A stretch of 64,000 nucleotides of DNA. Source: Planctomycetota bacterium (GTDB lineage Bacteria; Planctomycetota; SZUA-567; H5-PLA8). The stretch lies in the NCBI GenBank assembly GCA_038227875.1, contig JBBRPR010000023.1, positions 1 through 64,000 on the forward strand, given 5' to 3'. Position numbers and translations under genes: made by a program. Shown piece after piece: positions 1 through 10,841 of the stretch (positions are counted from its first letter, which is position 1; the number at the start of each line of letters is the position of its first letter). The notes under the pieces are model-generated. The model saw only the letters and a list, made by a program, of their open reading frames with translations. It was not told the origin of the DNA and did no database searches.

Positions 1-136
1 CTGCAACTGCAACTGCAACTGCAACTGCAACTGCAACTGCAACTGCAACTGCAACTGCAACTGCAACTGCAACTGCAACTGCAACTGCAACTGCAACTGC
101 AACTGCAACTGCAACTGCAACTGCAACTGCAACTGC
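1..136. repeat. (CTGCAA)n hexamer microsatellite, 22 full units plus a partial, truncated by window start
   Basis: Perfect tandem ctgcaa from base 1 to 132, then ctgc. Confidence 0.97.
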
Positions 137-218
137 TGCGCGCGGCGTGGGCTGCGCGTCAGCATTCTGTTCTCTTGAGATGCAAAGGTCCGCGCGTTTA
201 GTTTTTGACGCCTGCATC

Positions 219-1295
219 TCAGTTATGCAGGGTTTGAACTGCTGGTAATTTGCAGCACGACGACGCGCTGCTGAAAAAGTTATTTAGGAACGATGCTACA
301 TCGTCATCGTGCGTTAGAAATTGCTTCACGCGACGGTGGCTGTGATGCTGTAATTTTTCGAGCGCACTGTCAGCGAGTGGCTGCGCGCATGCGATGTAGA
401 CCGTGTCCCCGCATTCGTTGAACGGCACGAAGCAGAGTTCCTTCATCATCCGCGTGGTAAAACGGCGCAGGGCGGTTGAGTTCGGTTCGATGCCGTTGAG
501 ATGCACGATCGGCAGGCCGCTCTGGAGCGCGAGTGCACGGCACCACTCCGTGGGCGAAATCAGCTTTTCCCTGACGAGATAGCGGCCCAATTGAATGTGC
601 TCGGCATGCGCCTGCCGGCAGGCGTCTTCCAACCGTTCTTTTGAGATTCGCCCGTGGGCGACGAGGATTTCTTCCAGGCGCATGGATCGATAGTCAACGC
701 GCGCGTGTTCAAAGTGGTAAACGGTATCGCATAAGCCGCACACTGCTGAAAGCAGCATCCCAGATAGCGAGGCCACCGGCGACTTGGTTCCGGCGGGAGC
801 GTGCTTGGTCAGTGAGGCTGTCAATCGGCCAAAGGAGCCTGTTTGTGTTTCAGACGGCATCTTGTCAGATTCGTGAGCACGACTTTCGAAGAAGCGAATA
901 GCGCGATCAATCAATGCGGTCTGATCGGCATCCAGGCCATGGAACGACAGTGCGCAATACGATTCGTGCTCACCGGCCGGATCCACGCCGTGAGCATCAA
1001 CATGAACGCGGACGGTTTCACCGGGCATCACGATCTCTACATCGACTTCGGTACCGATCTCAATCGCGGATTTCCACTCGCTGATGAGGAATTCGTCGGA
1101 TCGTTCGGCCGGTAACCGACAACGGATGCCATCCCGTCCAAAGTCAACCATGGCGCATCCGAGCGGAGGGAGAAAAGCATGATAGAGAACGGCCAGGAAT
1201 CCGTGGACATGAATTGGTGGTAGCCCGTTTGAATGGCTCTCGCACGCGGTGATGGTGATCTCGGCCTTTTCATGATGGGTTGAATGGAGATTCAT
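219..1295 (-). CDS. PilZ-like plus MshEN/GSPII_E N-terminal domain protein
   Basis: N-half has a PilZ-like DFGRDG beta-barrel segment. C-half has RLEEILVAHGRIS...QLGRYLVREKLIS...LALQSG followed by a GspE-N-like FVPF...IACAQPL segment. ATG at 1295 is preceded by an AAGGAG RBS. Confidence 0.7.
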   Translation of the reverse strand: MNLHSTHHEKAEITITACESHSNGLPPIHVHGFLAVLYHAFLPPLGCAMVDFGRDGIRCRLPAERSDEFLISEWKSAIEIGTEVDVEIVMPGETVRVHVDAHGVDPAGEHESYCALSFHGLDADQTALIDRAIRFFESRAHESDKMPSETQTGSFGRLTASLTKHAPAGTKSPVASLSGMLLSAVCGLCDTVYHFEHARVDYRSMRLEEILVAHGRISKERLEDACRQAHAEHIQLGRYLVREKLISPTEWCRALALQSGLPIVHLNGIEPNSTALRRFTTRMMKELCFVPFNECGDTVYIACAQPLADSALEKLQHHSHRRVKQFLTHDDDVASFLNNFFSSASSCCKLPAVQTLHN

Positions 1296-1560
1296 TTCTT
1301 GCCTCTCCTTTATTCTGTACGCCCTCGATTCACACATAGGACTGCATGATTTGTGCCAGCGCTACAAACTTGAAAGTCGACGATGCCTCATAGGAATGGG
1401 GATGCTCATGTGTGGAGAGAAACGTGTGATTTTCCTTTTACCGCGATTGCCACTCGCACGAGCGGGAATCCAGGCGGGCGATATACCAGTTCGGATTGGG
1501 GGGGTGTCGCAGTTGGCCTGTTGGGTAAGTGGCCTGCGCTGCGCTCGGCGCGGCTAAGCA

Positions 1561-1720
<160 letters not shown>

Positions 1721-2005
1721 AGCCGTACGGAACGGATTTTGGAGCGAGGAGTTTCCTGTGTGATCTTGGATGCGGAATTTTCTTCCGAGGCTATTGGGTT
1801 TGGGGAGCGCTTGGGCTGCTTTTTGTCCCTTTAAAAACCACTCGAAGGCTGTCGAAACGTCGGGATCGACATATTTAATTTTCATAGGCTACGTCGACTA
1901 AAAATTGAGGTGCTTTTTATATCAATTCAGAGTGGCATTCGGTCGGAGCTGGACTAAATTCTTTCCACTTCCAGATGGACCTCAGCTTTGTTGAAAGGAC
2001 CTGCA

Positions 2006-5000
2006 ATGTTCGATTGCCTGACGCATCGCTCGTGCTCCTCGGCTCCCGTGCCTCGTTTTCTCGGCGGCTTGTGTTTGGTGATGGCGCTGTGTTCCGTGCT
2101 GTCTGCGGCTGAGACAACCGAGTTGGGCGCGTTGCAACGGGACGGGGATGTGTCGCTGAGCTTTGATGGCGACGTGGTGCTCAGCGGTCCGGTCACGGTC
2201 AACGGCAACCTCGAGATTCGCGCGCGGAATATCGACGTCACGGGTGCGGTCACCGTGCAGGGCGGGCGACTGGCGCTGCTTCCGACGGCGGGCAAGGATG
2301 GACTGGGCGGCGTGGCGCACCTTGGCAGCGGCGCACGATTGCAGGCGGGCGAGATTCGAGTTGGCGGCGACGTTCAGGGTCACGGCGCATTGCCGCATGC
2401 GCGCACAGTTCGCATTGATGCGGGCGCGACGTTGTGCGCCGATGCGAAGGGCAGCGGCGCGGGCGGAAAAGTTGTGGTCTGGTCGGATGAGAAGACCGAA
2501 TTCCACGGCGCGATCTCGGCTCGCGGTGGCCCGCTTTCCGGAGACGGCGGCTGGGTTGAAGTCTCCAGCCGCGGCGTGCTGGATTTCGCCGGGCAGGTAG
2601 ACACGAGTGCGGCGGCCGGGCACAACGGCTCCCTGCTGCTGGATCCCAACATCATCAACATTGTCGGCGCGATGCCCGATCTCAACGGCGACGGTACGGT
2701 GGGCGATGACATTTCTGCTCCGACTGATCTCAGTGTTTCCAGCACCTTCCCGGGCATGACCAGTGTCATTACGGTCGGTGCGCTGAAGAGCGTGCTGGCG
2801 GGCAGCGACGTCACGCTGGCGTCAACGATAGCGGTCAACTGGACTGCGGTCATGGATATTGATGGGCTGGGGGTGGCCGGCCGGACGCTGACGATCACGT
2901 CGGCGGCGATCACTATTCAGAATGGCGGAGTCAACGATTCCAATTTGGTTACGCCCGACAAGCTCAACGTGACCCTCACGGCCACCAAGTCGCTGGATGT
3001 CTTTGGCAGTCTCCTCACCGGCGGCGGCAATGTGATCCTGACGGCCGGGCCCGGCAGCGCGAACCAGGCAATTCGCATCGGCGCCACCGATACCGTGGAC
3101 ACGGCCGGCGGCAATTTGACGATCAACGGCACGGGCATCATTGAAGGCGTGCATGTGACTACCGGCGCGCAGTTGCTGGCGCATGCCGGCGCGCTGTCGA
3201 TCACCGGTACGGCCACGGGCACCACGGTCAACAGCTACACGCACGGCATCTTTTTCAACGGCGATACGAACATCACTCAGGCCGGCAACGTGACGCTGCT
3301 GGGCACGGGTGCCAACGCGGGCGCCGGGCTCTTTTTTGAAGGCGCGGTCCATGTCGAATCCACGGCGGGAAGCTGCTCGGTAACGGGCACGGGTGCCGGG
3401 CGGCATGGCATTTTTATCTCCGACACGTCGCCGATCGCGGTGGCGAAGAGCACATTCTTTGGCGGCGCGACGGGATTGACGGTCACGGGCAATGGCACTG
3501 AGTTTGGCCTCTATACCCCCGGGCATGGAGACTATACCGACCCCAACACGATGGTGTTTACTCCCGCCGATTACGGCACGGCGACGTTTGTGTCGTCGGC
3601 CGGACCAGTCACGATCAGCGGTGATGCGACCGTTGCGGCGGGAACGACCAACGGCACGGGGCGCCATGGTTTTCAAGTCAATGGCGATTGTTCGATCACC
3701 GGCGTCGGCAACGTTTCGCTCAGCGGCAAAGGCACCGAGTTCGGCGTGATGGTGCTGCAGAGCCTGACGGTTACCTCTTCTACAGGTACGACAGCGGTTA
3801 CCGCCAACAGCACCGGGCGCCACGGCCTGCATGCGGTGTCGAGCATGACCCTCAGCGGCGACCAGGGCGTAACGGTCACGGCCAACTCGACGCAATTTGG
3901 AATTGAGAGCAACGGCGCGGGCAGTTTCACCAGCGCCAATGGGCCGGTCAGCGTGACGGCGACCACGGTGGTTGGGCCGGCCGACCCGGTGCTCAACGCG
4001 ATGGTTCCGATCCAGTCCCGCGGCGAGGGCAAGCGGGGCATCCATCTCGCCAGCACCACTGTGCATGGCAAAGGCAATGTCAACGTCACGGCCAGCGCGA
4101 CCGAAGCGGCCATTGATGCCGGCACGTTCAGCGTGACCAGCGATAGCGGCACCGTGACGATCGACGGCCAGGTCACCACCGGCACGGGAGTGCTGCCGGG
4201 CAACGCGGTGGACGCGATCAAGTCAGTCAACGGAGCGATTACGGTTCAGGCCGGCGGCGACGTGCTGGTGAAAGCGCGCGCCAACTCGAATGGCATCACC
4301 GCACCGGGCGTCAGTGTCACCAGCACCAACGGCGCGGTGACTCTCGATACCAGCGCCAACTCGATTGCGCTGAAGTCCTGGAACAGCGCCCTGACCATCA
4401 ATGCTAAAAACGATGTGCAGATCAAGTCGCAAGGCACTCAAACAGGAGTTGAAGCGCGCGGCCTGTCGCTGACCAGCACGGCCGGGAAGGTGACGGTCGC
4501 TCCAACCGGCGGCAGTGGCATCGGCAACCATTTGCTGCATTGGAGCAACGGCGGAAGCGCGACGATCCAGGCAGCTGGGGATATCACGCTGAGTTCCCCG
4601 TTCCAGATGGCGGGCGACGGCCTCTCCGCCACCAGTACTTCCGGCGGCATTGCGATCACGGCCAACAGCACCAACGGCGGATTGAAATGCGGATTCCAGA
4701 ATGTTTCACTGACGGCGGCCAAGGACATCGCCGTGGATCTGCAGTGCACGCAGTATGAAGTGCTTTCCAGCGGTGCGTTCACGGCCACCAGCAGCACCGG
4801 CGCCGTCTCGATCAATTCCGTCAGTAACTCGGGCTCAGGCGCCTACGGAAATGTCAAAGTCGCCGGATTATTCACAGCGACTGCAGCCAAGGATGTAAAC
4901 GTGACGGCCAGCGGTTTCGCGCCGTTCTTCAGCCAGGGCCTCGCGTTGACCAGCACGACCGGAAAAGTGACGATGGCCGCAACGTCAACCGAGACCACCG

Positions 5001-8000
5001 CGAATCGCGCGGAAACGTTGATTGTGTCTGGCCCCACCACCGTCCAGGCGGCCGGTGACATTTCGTTTACGGGCACCCATGGCCGCATCCCCATGTACCT
5101 GGACGGGGCCGCGTCATTTACCAGCACGGCGGGTGCGGTCACGGTCAACGGCAGTCTGCCCTCAACGTCGTCGGGCAATAACATTCGCGCGGGCCTCTGT
5201 TGCCGCAGCGCGATGTCGCTGCAGGGCGCCAAGGATGTCTCGCTGACCGGCCGGGGCGCGGCCTTTGGCGTGGAGGTGCTCAACGACCTGACCTTGACGT
5301 CGACGGCCGGAAAAGTAACGGTGCTGGGCGACGCCACCATTCCTTTCAATCAGGATTCAACCGGCCTTGAAGTGAGCGGCAAGCTCACGGTCAACGCGCA
5401 GAGCGACGTCTCGATCACCGGCAAATCGAGCATGTTCGGCACCAAGATCTTCGATGTCACCCAGGTCAACTCCACCGCCGGCGGAATTACGCTGGTCGGC
5501 GATGCCTCGGCCAAAGCCCCGCTATTCTCGACCAGCGCGTACGGCGTGGCGTTCAACACCGACAGCACCCTGACGGCGCGGAACGATATCACGATTACGG
5601 GAAAGAGCGGCTACTACGGAATTTTCACGGCCGGTACGCCAACGTATACCTCCAGCGCGGGCAAGCTGACGCTCGTGGGCGATTGCAATGCCGCAACCGG
5701 CGATCATCACGTTGGCGTGTTTCTGGGACCGAATGCGGCGCTGAAGGCGGGCGGCGATCTGTCGGTCTCCGGAAATGGCGCGACGGAAGGCCTGCAACTG
5801 CGGACCAACCCGACGTTCACCTCCACCGGCGGCGGAGTCTCCCTGCTGGGCGACTGCACCGTCAACGTTCCGTTTAGCTCCCGCGGGCGCAACGGACTGG
5901 ATATGGGCAGCCCCGTGCCTTCCACGCTGACGATCAACGCGATGGGCGACATTTCCGTCACGGGCAAGGGTGGCCAGTACGGGATTGCGCTGCCGTGCGT
6001 CAACACCTTCACGTCGACGGCGGGAAAGATCACGATTTTCGGCGACGGCACCGCAAACAACGCGGCTGCCGGGCGCTACGGCATTGATCTCAATGCGCTG
6101 ACGGCGAGCGCCGCGACGGGCATCTCGCTGATCGGCAAGGGCACGGAATTCGGCGTGAACCTGTGGGGCGCGACACCTTCTCTGAACACCACGGGCGGCA
6201 CGCTGTTCCTCTCCGGCGACGCGACGGCCACGCCGGCGAACTACAACCTGACCTACACCGTCGGACCCAGCACCTACAACGACGTACCCACGGGCCGCCA
6301 TGCGATCGTCGCGCCGGCGGGAACTTTCACCGGCGGTGACGGAGTGACGATCAACGGCACCGCGTCGGAGTTCGGGCTGGTGTTGTATGGCGGCGCGTCG
6401 CAGATCAATTCCACCAACGGCGCGGTGACCGTCAACGTCAACGCGTCACACCCGTTGCCCGCGGGAACGATTACGGCGTTGTCGGGCGTTGTTCCGCCGG
6501 AGGAAACTGCTCCGGACGGCCGGCACGGACTGGCGACGGACATGCCCTTCTCCATTTCGGGCAAGACCGGTGTGAACATGACCGGCTCGGCGAACGTGTT
6601 CGCGCTGGAATTTCTGACGGGGAGTAAAATCAAAGCCAGCGCCGGGCCGGTGACGCTGCTGGGGTTGAGCACCGAACACGCAGGTCTCTTCAGCGAGGCT
6701 GACATCACCGGCACAGGCATCACCGCCACCGGAATCAGCGCGGGCACCGATACCGGATCGGCGGGAATCGAAATCAACGGCGGCACGGTCGACGGCACCA
6801 GCGGATTGGTGACGCTAAACGGCATGGCCACGTCCAATGCAGCTGACGTGGGGGGCGTGAAGTTTTCCGGCGGCGTGGTGAAGACCAGTCTTCCCGGCAG
6901 CGGGATTCAAATCACCGGCAATTCGCCGCACGATGGCGTGGCGATTCTGGCCGGCGCAACCTTGGACGGCGGCGGAAACGCGGTGAGCATCAGCGGCACC
7001 AGCAACGGCGCCGGACCGACGCAGACGTCCGGGATCTTTGTTGAAGACGGCAATCCGTCCGGCGCGGTGGTGCAGTCCCTGGGCGGCAACGTGACGCTCA
7101 CCGGGACCAGCAATTCCGGGGACGGCATTCGCATTGGCAGCGCCGGCACCTCTGCCGGTTTCGTCGACGTCGGCGCGGGGAGTTTGACGCTCAGCGCGGA
7201 CACCGTAAATCTGATCACGGGCGCCGCGCCATCGCTGCGCGGCAAGGGCGGGTTGCTCACCATCGCGCCGCGCACCGCGGGTCTGCCGATTTCCGTCGGC
7301 GGCACCGGCGCGTCGGGGACGGTTTACCTTTCTCAGAACGAAATCAACGAAATCAAGAGCGGCTTCGCTTCGGTCACTGTCGGCCGCACCGATGGCGGCG
7401 CACTGACGGTGCCGCTCAGCGGCGCCACCGGCGCGGCCTTCTCCAGCAGCGTGAAGCTGCTGACCGGAGCGCAACTGGATGTCGTCGGCCCGTTGACCAC
7501 GTTGGCCGGCTCAACCGGCGGCGTCACGCTGCAACACGGCGGCGTGATGACGGTGGAGTCCACCGGGCTGGTCTCCGGCGACGGCGGAGTATCCGAACTG
7601 GGCGCCGGCGCGGTGATCCTGAAAAACGCGGTCTCTTCAAACAACGCGCCCATTTCCATCACCGGTTCCACCACGGCGCTGGACAACCTGACCCTCAGCG
7701 CCGGCACGAGCACGGTTACCTTTAGAGGGCAGGTCTCGCCGGGACTCTCCGGGCCGGGCAAGCTCAACATTACCGGCGATCTGGTCTTCGCGGACAGCAG
7801 CGCCTACTTCGCGGACATCGCCACGCCCGCGGCCGGCGGATTCGATCAGATTGTCGCGAGCGGCAAAGTCACGGTGGGCGGAAAGTTGCTGGGGAGCGCG
7901 ACGGGTCCGTATCTGCCGAGCGACGCCTTCCCGATCATCACCAACAACAGCACGAGTTCGGTCAGCGGCGCGTTCTCGAACCTTACGGAATTGGGCTCCG

Positions 8001-8749
8001 TGCAGTTGGGAGCGACTACGCTCAATGGTTCTTACCGTGCCGGTGACGGCAACGACGTGGTGTTGAGCACCGATCAGCCGGCAGTCATCACCAGTCCCGG
8101 AGTGACTCCGACCCACATCAACACGGGGAGCAGCGTCACCGTGACGGCCATGATCAACGATCCGGACAACACGGCCGTCACGACCGTCTACAATTACGGC
8201 GACGGTTCGTCCGACAGCACCGGTGTGCACACGTATACGACGCCGGGGCACTACATTGTCACCATCTCCGTGAACGACGGAATCTTCACCACGGTCACGC
8301 AGTTCGCCGTGGACGTGAACGCGTTCACACCGTTCCCGGCAGCGATCAGCGGCACCTTTGGTCCGGCGGGTTCGAGCACAGACTCGCTGAAGATCACCGG
8401 CAGTGTTCCGTACACGGCCGGTACGGCTCTCACCGGAAAGACGTTCTCGCTGCAGCTCGGTTCGCACAGCCAGACTTTCACGCTGCGCAAGTCGGGAGCT
8501 GCGATCAGCAACGACAAGAAGGCCCGGATTTCGGTCAAACTCCCGAAGAAGGGCGCGAGTGGCAGCGCGAAGTTCATCGTCCTGATTCGCAAGGTCGAGT
8601 ACGGTGACCTGCTGGGCCAGGCAACGACGGGAACGGTGCCGGTGATCCTCGCGGTGAACTTCCTCGATCAGACGCTGACGGACTCGATTACGCTGACCAT
8701 CAAGAAGAGGGGCAAGCTCCGCACCGCATCCGGAAAGTTCACGAACTGA
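2006..8749 (+). CDS. Large secreted haemagglutinin-like beta-helical adhesin with PKD domain
   Basis: Signal peptide ending VLSAA. FHA-like motif GGKVVVWSD...GDGGWVEVSS...GSLLLDP. G/T/S/A-rich repeats. PKD motif YNYGDGSS..GVHTYTTPGHY. ATG at 2006 follows AAAGGA. Confidence 0.8.
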   Translation: MFDCLTHRSCSSAPVPRFLGGLCLVMALCSVLSAAETTELGALQRDGDVSLSFDGDVVLSGPVTVNGNLEIRARNIDVTGAVTVQGGRLALLPTAGKDGLGGVAHLGSGARLQAGEIRVGGDVQGHGALPHARTVRIDAGATLCADAKGSGAGGKVVVWSDEKTEFHGAISARGGPLSGDGGWVEVSSRGVLDFAGQVDTSAAAGHNGSLLLDPNIINIVGAMPDLNGDGTVGDDISAPTDLSVSSTFPGMTSVITVGALKSVLAGSDVTLASTIAVNWTAVMDIDGLGVAGRTLTITSAAITIQNGGVNDSNLVTPDKLNVTLTATKSLDVFGSLLTGGGNVILTAGPGSANQAIRIGATDTVDTAGGNLTINGTGIIEGVHVTTGAQLLAHAGALSITGTATGTTVNSYTHGIFFNGDTNITQAGNVTLLGTGANAGAGLFFEGAVHVESTAGSCSVTGTGAGRHGIFISDTSPIAVAKSTFFGGATGLTVTGNGTEFGLYTPGHGDYTDPNTMVFTPADYGTATFVSSAGPVTISGDATVAAGTTNGTGRHGFQVNGDCSITGVGNVSLSGKGTEFGVMVLQSLTVTSSTGTTAVTANSTGRHGLHAVSSMTLSGDQGVTVTANSTQFGIESNGAGSFTSANGPVSVTATTVVGPADPVLNAMVPIQSRGEGKRGIHLASTTVHGKGNVNVTASATEAAIDAGTFSVTSDSGTVTIDGQVTTGTGVLPGNAVDAIKSVNGAITVQAGGDVLVKARANSNGITAPGVSVTSTNGAVTLDTSANSIALKSWNSALTINAKNDVQIKSQGTQTGVEARGLSLTSTAGKVTVAPTGGSGIGNHLLHWSNGGSATIQAAGDITLSSPFQMAGDGLSATSTSGGIAITANSTNGGLKCGFQNVSLTAAKDIAVDLQCTQYEVLSSGAFTATSSTGAVSINSVSNSGSGAYGNVKVAGLFTATAAKDVNVTASGFAPFFSQGLALTSTTGKVTMAATSTETTANRAETLIVSGPTTVQAAGDISFTGTHGRIPMYLDGAASFTSTAGAVTVNGSLPSTSSGNNIRAGLCCRSAMSLQGAKDVSLTGRGAAFGVEVLNDLTLTSTAGKVTVLGDATIPFNQDSTGLEVSGKLTVNAQSDVSITGKSSMFGTKIFDVTQVNSTAGGITLVGDASAKAPLFSTSAYGVAFNTDSTLTARNDITITGKSGYYGIFTAGTPTYTSSAGKLTLVGDCNAATGDHHVGVFLGPNAALKAGGDLSVSGNGATEGLQLRTNPTFTSTGGGVSLLGDCTVNVPFSSRGRNGLDMGSPVPSTLTINAMGDISVTGKGGQYGIALPCVNTFTSTAGKITIFGDGTANNAAAGRYGIDLNALTASAATGISLIGKGTEFGVNLWGATPSLNTTGGTLFLSGDATATPANYNLTYTVGPSTYNDVPTGRHAIVAPAGTFTGGDGVTINGTASEFGLVLYGGASQINSTNGAVTVNVNASHPLPAGTITALSGVVPPEETAPDGRHGLATDMPFSISGKTGVNMTGSANVFALEFLTGSKIKASAGPVTLLGLSTEHAGLFSEADITGTGITATGISAGTDTGSAGIEINGGTVDGTSGLVTLNGMATSNAADVGGVKFSGGVVKTSLPGSGIQITGNSPHDGVAILAGATLDGGGNAVSISGTSNGAGPTQTSGIFVEDGNPSGAVVQSLGGNVTLTGTSNSGDGIRIGSAGTSAGFVDVGAGSLTLSADTVNLITGAAPSLRGKGGLLTIAPRTAGLPISVGGTGASGTVYLSQNEINEIKSGFASVTVGRTDGGALTVPLSGATGAAFSSSVKLLTGAQLDVVGPLTTLAGSTGGVTLQHGGVMTVESTGLVSGDGGVSELGAGAVILKNAVSSNNAPISITGSTTALDNLTLSAGTSTVTFRGQVSPGLSGPGKLNITGDLVFADSSAYFADIATPAAGGFDQIVASGKVTVGGKLLGSATGPYLPSDAFPIITNNSTSSVSGAFSNLTELGSVQLGATTLNGSYRAGDGNDVVLSTDQPAVITSPGVTPTHINTGSSVTVTAMINDPDNTAVTTVYNYGDGSSDSTGVHTYTTPGHYIVTISVNDGIFTTVTQFAVDVNAFTPFPAAISGTFGPAGSSTDSLKITGSVPYTAGTALTGKTFSLQLGSHSQTFTLRKSGAAISNDKKARISVKLPKKGASGSAKFIVLIRKVEYGDLLGQATTGTVPVILAVNFLDQTLTDSITLTIKKRGKLRTASGKFTN

Positions 8750-8764
8750 GCGGAAGCGGGGCGC

Positions 8765-10822
8765 TCACGACACCACGCGCCAGGCGGCACTGAGGACGGT
8801 TTTCACGGGTGCTGCCTCTTCCAACGGAACCATTGAATCGGTCGCGTAGTCGCCGCCGAATAATTTTCGGATCAGCGCCTCGCGCGCATCCGGGTTGACA
8901 GCCGTGAATTTCAAGCGCAACCGTTGATCGTGCGATTCGCCCGTGGAGCGGCGTTTGCGCGACGCTCGTTCGGCAACCACTTCGTGGTCCGATCCGTCTA
9001 GACGCTGGATTGCCAGGACTTCGCAATTGAGCGCGCCGACGCCCTTGACCTCCAGCGCGGTGACGTCCCCGGTCTGGAGCGCCGCATTGCGTTCCACGAT
9101 GACGCACGCGCCGCTCAGCGACAGGTTGTCGATCACGCACGCGATCGCCGCATCGCGCGCGCGCAACGTGGACTCTTCATCGGTCAAGAAGCGTTCGTCC
9201 TTCCGCGGGCGCGGACGTTCCACGCACAACATCGCCCCGACGCCCAGGATCAGCGCGGCATGAACGCCCCAGAAGAGATTGACCAGCATGCTGCGCTGCC
9301 CCTGGCCGCCGTAGAGCAGCCGCACGTCGGCGTCGCGCGTCAACGCGAGGCTGCCCAGCAGCGCCACGCCCAGGATGACGACCGGCAGCAGGAGCCAGAC
9401 ATGCACCCGGCCGCGCGTTTGGTCGCCGCCTTTCTGCGTCACCTCAAAGCGCCGGCCGAAGGGGCGCAGGAAAGCTTTCAGCACCAGCGGCGTGGTCCGC
9501 AACGCGATCAGCAGGTTGGGCGCGTCGTGAAGAATTGGAATCTGCGCCACGCCCGTCAGCCAGCGCACGGCGACCAATTGCCCGACAAAAAAAGGCAGGA
9601 AGTAAGCGAGATAGTTTTCGAAATTCGAATCGATCACCGACAGTCCCGTCAGGCCGAAGACGATCGGCACAACGACGCTGGCCAGCTGGAACGGCAGCGA
9701 CGCGCACCAATAGAGGAGCGTCGAAAGATATTCGACGCGGTGCCGCCAGGTCAGGCCGTTGCGTCCCAGCGGTCCGGTATGAAGGAAGGCGATCTGCAGC
9801 GCGCCCAGGCACCACCGCGCGCGCTGGGAGAGATACGCCGGCAGGCTCTCCGGCGCCAGGCCAATGCTCAGGCTCTCGTTGAGGTAGCGCGTGCGGAAGC
9901 CGCGTTCGGCGAGGCGGTGCGACAGCAGCATGTCCTCAGTGACCGACTCCGTGGGCACGCCGCCGATGAGCTCCAAACAGGCGCGCCGCGTCACCGACGA
10001 TGTTCCACAGCACGTCGCGACGTTCCAGGCGTCCTTTGCGGGCTGCAGCACATTGAAGAGCAGCCGCTGTTCATCGGGCATGGTCCGTGTGGCGCGGTAA
10101 CCCCACTGCACGGGGTCCGGGTTGAAGAACGTTTGGGGCGTCTGGACAATGCCCACCTGCGGATCCGCGAAAAAGCCGACCGTACGCCAGAGAAAATCGG
10201 CGCGCGGCGCGAAGTCCGCATCCAGCACCAGAACCAGCTCCCCATTGGAACGCTGACGGGAGACGGCCAGGCCGTTGTTCAGATTGCCGGCCTTGGCGAA
10301 GCTGTTGTCCGTGCGTGTGACGTACTCCAGTTTGTGCCGCGCGCAGTATTCCTGCAGCCACGGGCGGCGACCGTCGTCGAGGACGTAGATCGTCTTGCGC
10401 GGATAATCCAACGCGCGGGCGCAGACCAGGGTCCGCTCCAGCACCGTCAGGTCTTCGTTGAATGTCGGGATCAACACGTCCACGGTCGTCGGCGTTTTCT
10501 CCCGGCGTAGCGCCGCTTCCAGCTTGTCGGCTTCCGCGCTGCCCTCGCCCCCGCGCAGCAGGATTGCATAGGTGATGAACGCGCCGGCATGTGACGCCGC
10601 TTCAAGCACGGCGAAACCCCAGGCATACAGCGATGGAAGCCGCCAGTTCAGTTCCGGCAGTGTTGCGGTGAAGCGCCAATACAGATAGCGACCCGCCAGA
10701 AACAACAGCACGCCGTACACGAACGTGCGTGTCCGCCCGTGCGTCGGGCGGAAGATCGTCGTACTCAAGAGGAGCACGCCGACGACGAGAATGGACAAGG
10801 AAATCAGGTCGGGTCGCAGCAT
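8765..10822 (-). CDS. GT2 processive beta-glucan synthase (BcsA/CrdS/BgsA group) with C-terminal PilZ
   Basis: DDG, KAGN, DAD, QTPQ, TED and QRARW motifs, multiple TM helices, and C-terminal RKDER...DNLSLSG PilZ motifs. Confidence 0.9.
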   Translation of the reverse strand: MLRPDLISLSILVVGVLLLSTTIFRPTHGRTRTFVYGVLLFLAGRYLYWRFTATLPELNWRLPSLYAWGFAVLEAASHAGAFITYAILLRGGEGSAEADKLEAALRREKTPTTVDVLIPTFNEDLTVLERTLVCARALDYPRKTIYVLDDGRRPWLQEYCARHKLEYVTRTDNSFAKAGNLNNGLAVSRQRSNGELVLVLDADFAPRADFLWRTVGFFADPQVGIVQTPQTFFNPDPVQWGYRATRTMPDEQRLLFNVLQPAKDAWNVATCCGTSSVTRRACLELIGGVPTESVTEDMLLSHRLAERGFRTRYLNESLSIGLAPESLPAYLSQRARWCLGALQIAFLHTGPLGRNGLTWRHRVEYLSTLLYWCASLPFQLASVVVPIVFGLTGLSVIDSNFENYLAYFLPFFVGQLVAVRWLTGVAQIPILHDAPNLLIALRTTPLVLKAFLRPFGRRFEVTQKGGDQTRGRVHVWLLLPVVILGVALLGSLALTRDADVRLLYGGQGQRSMLVNLFWGVHAALILGVGAMLCVERPRPRKDERFLTDEESTLRARDAAIACVIDNLSLSGACVIVERNAALQTGDVTALEVKGVGALNCEVLAIQRLDGSDHEVVAERASRKRRSTGESHDQRLRLKFTAVNPDAREALIRKLFGGDYATDSMVPLEEAAPVKTVLSAAWRVVS

Positions 10823-10841
10823 GGTATTTCCGGGCCGGGCC

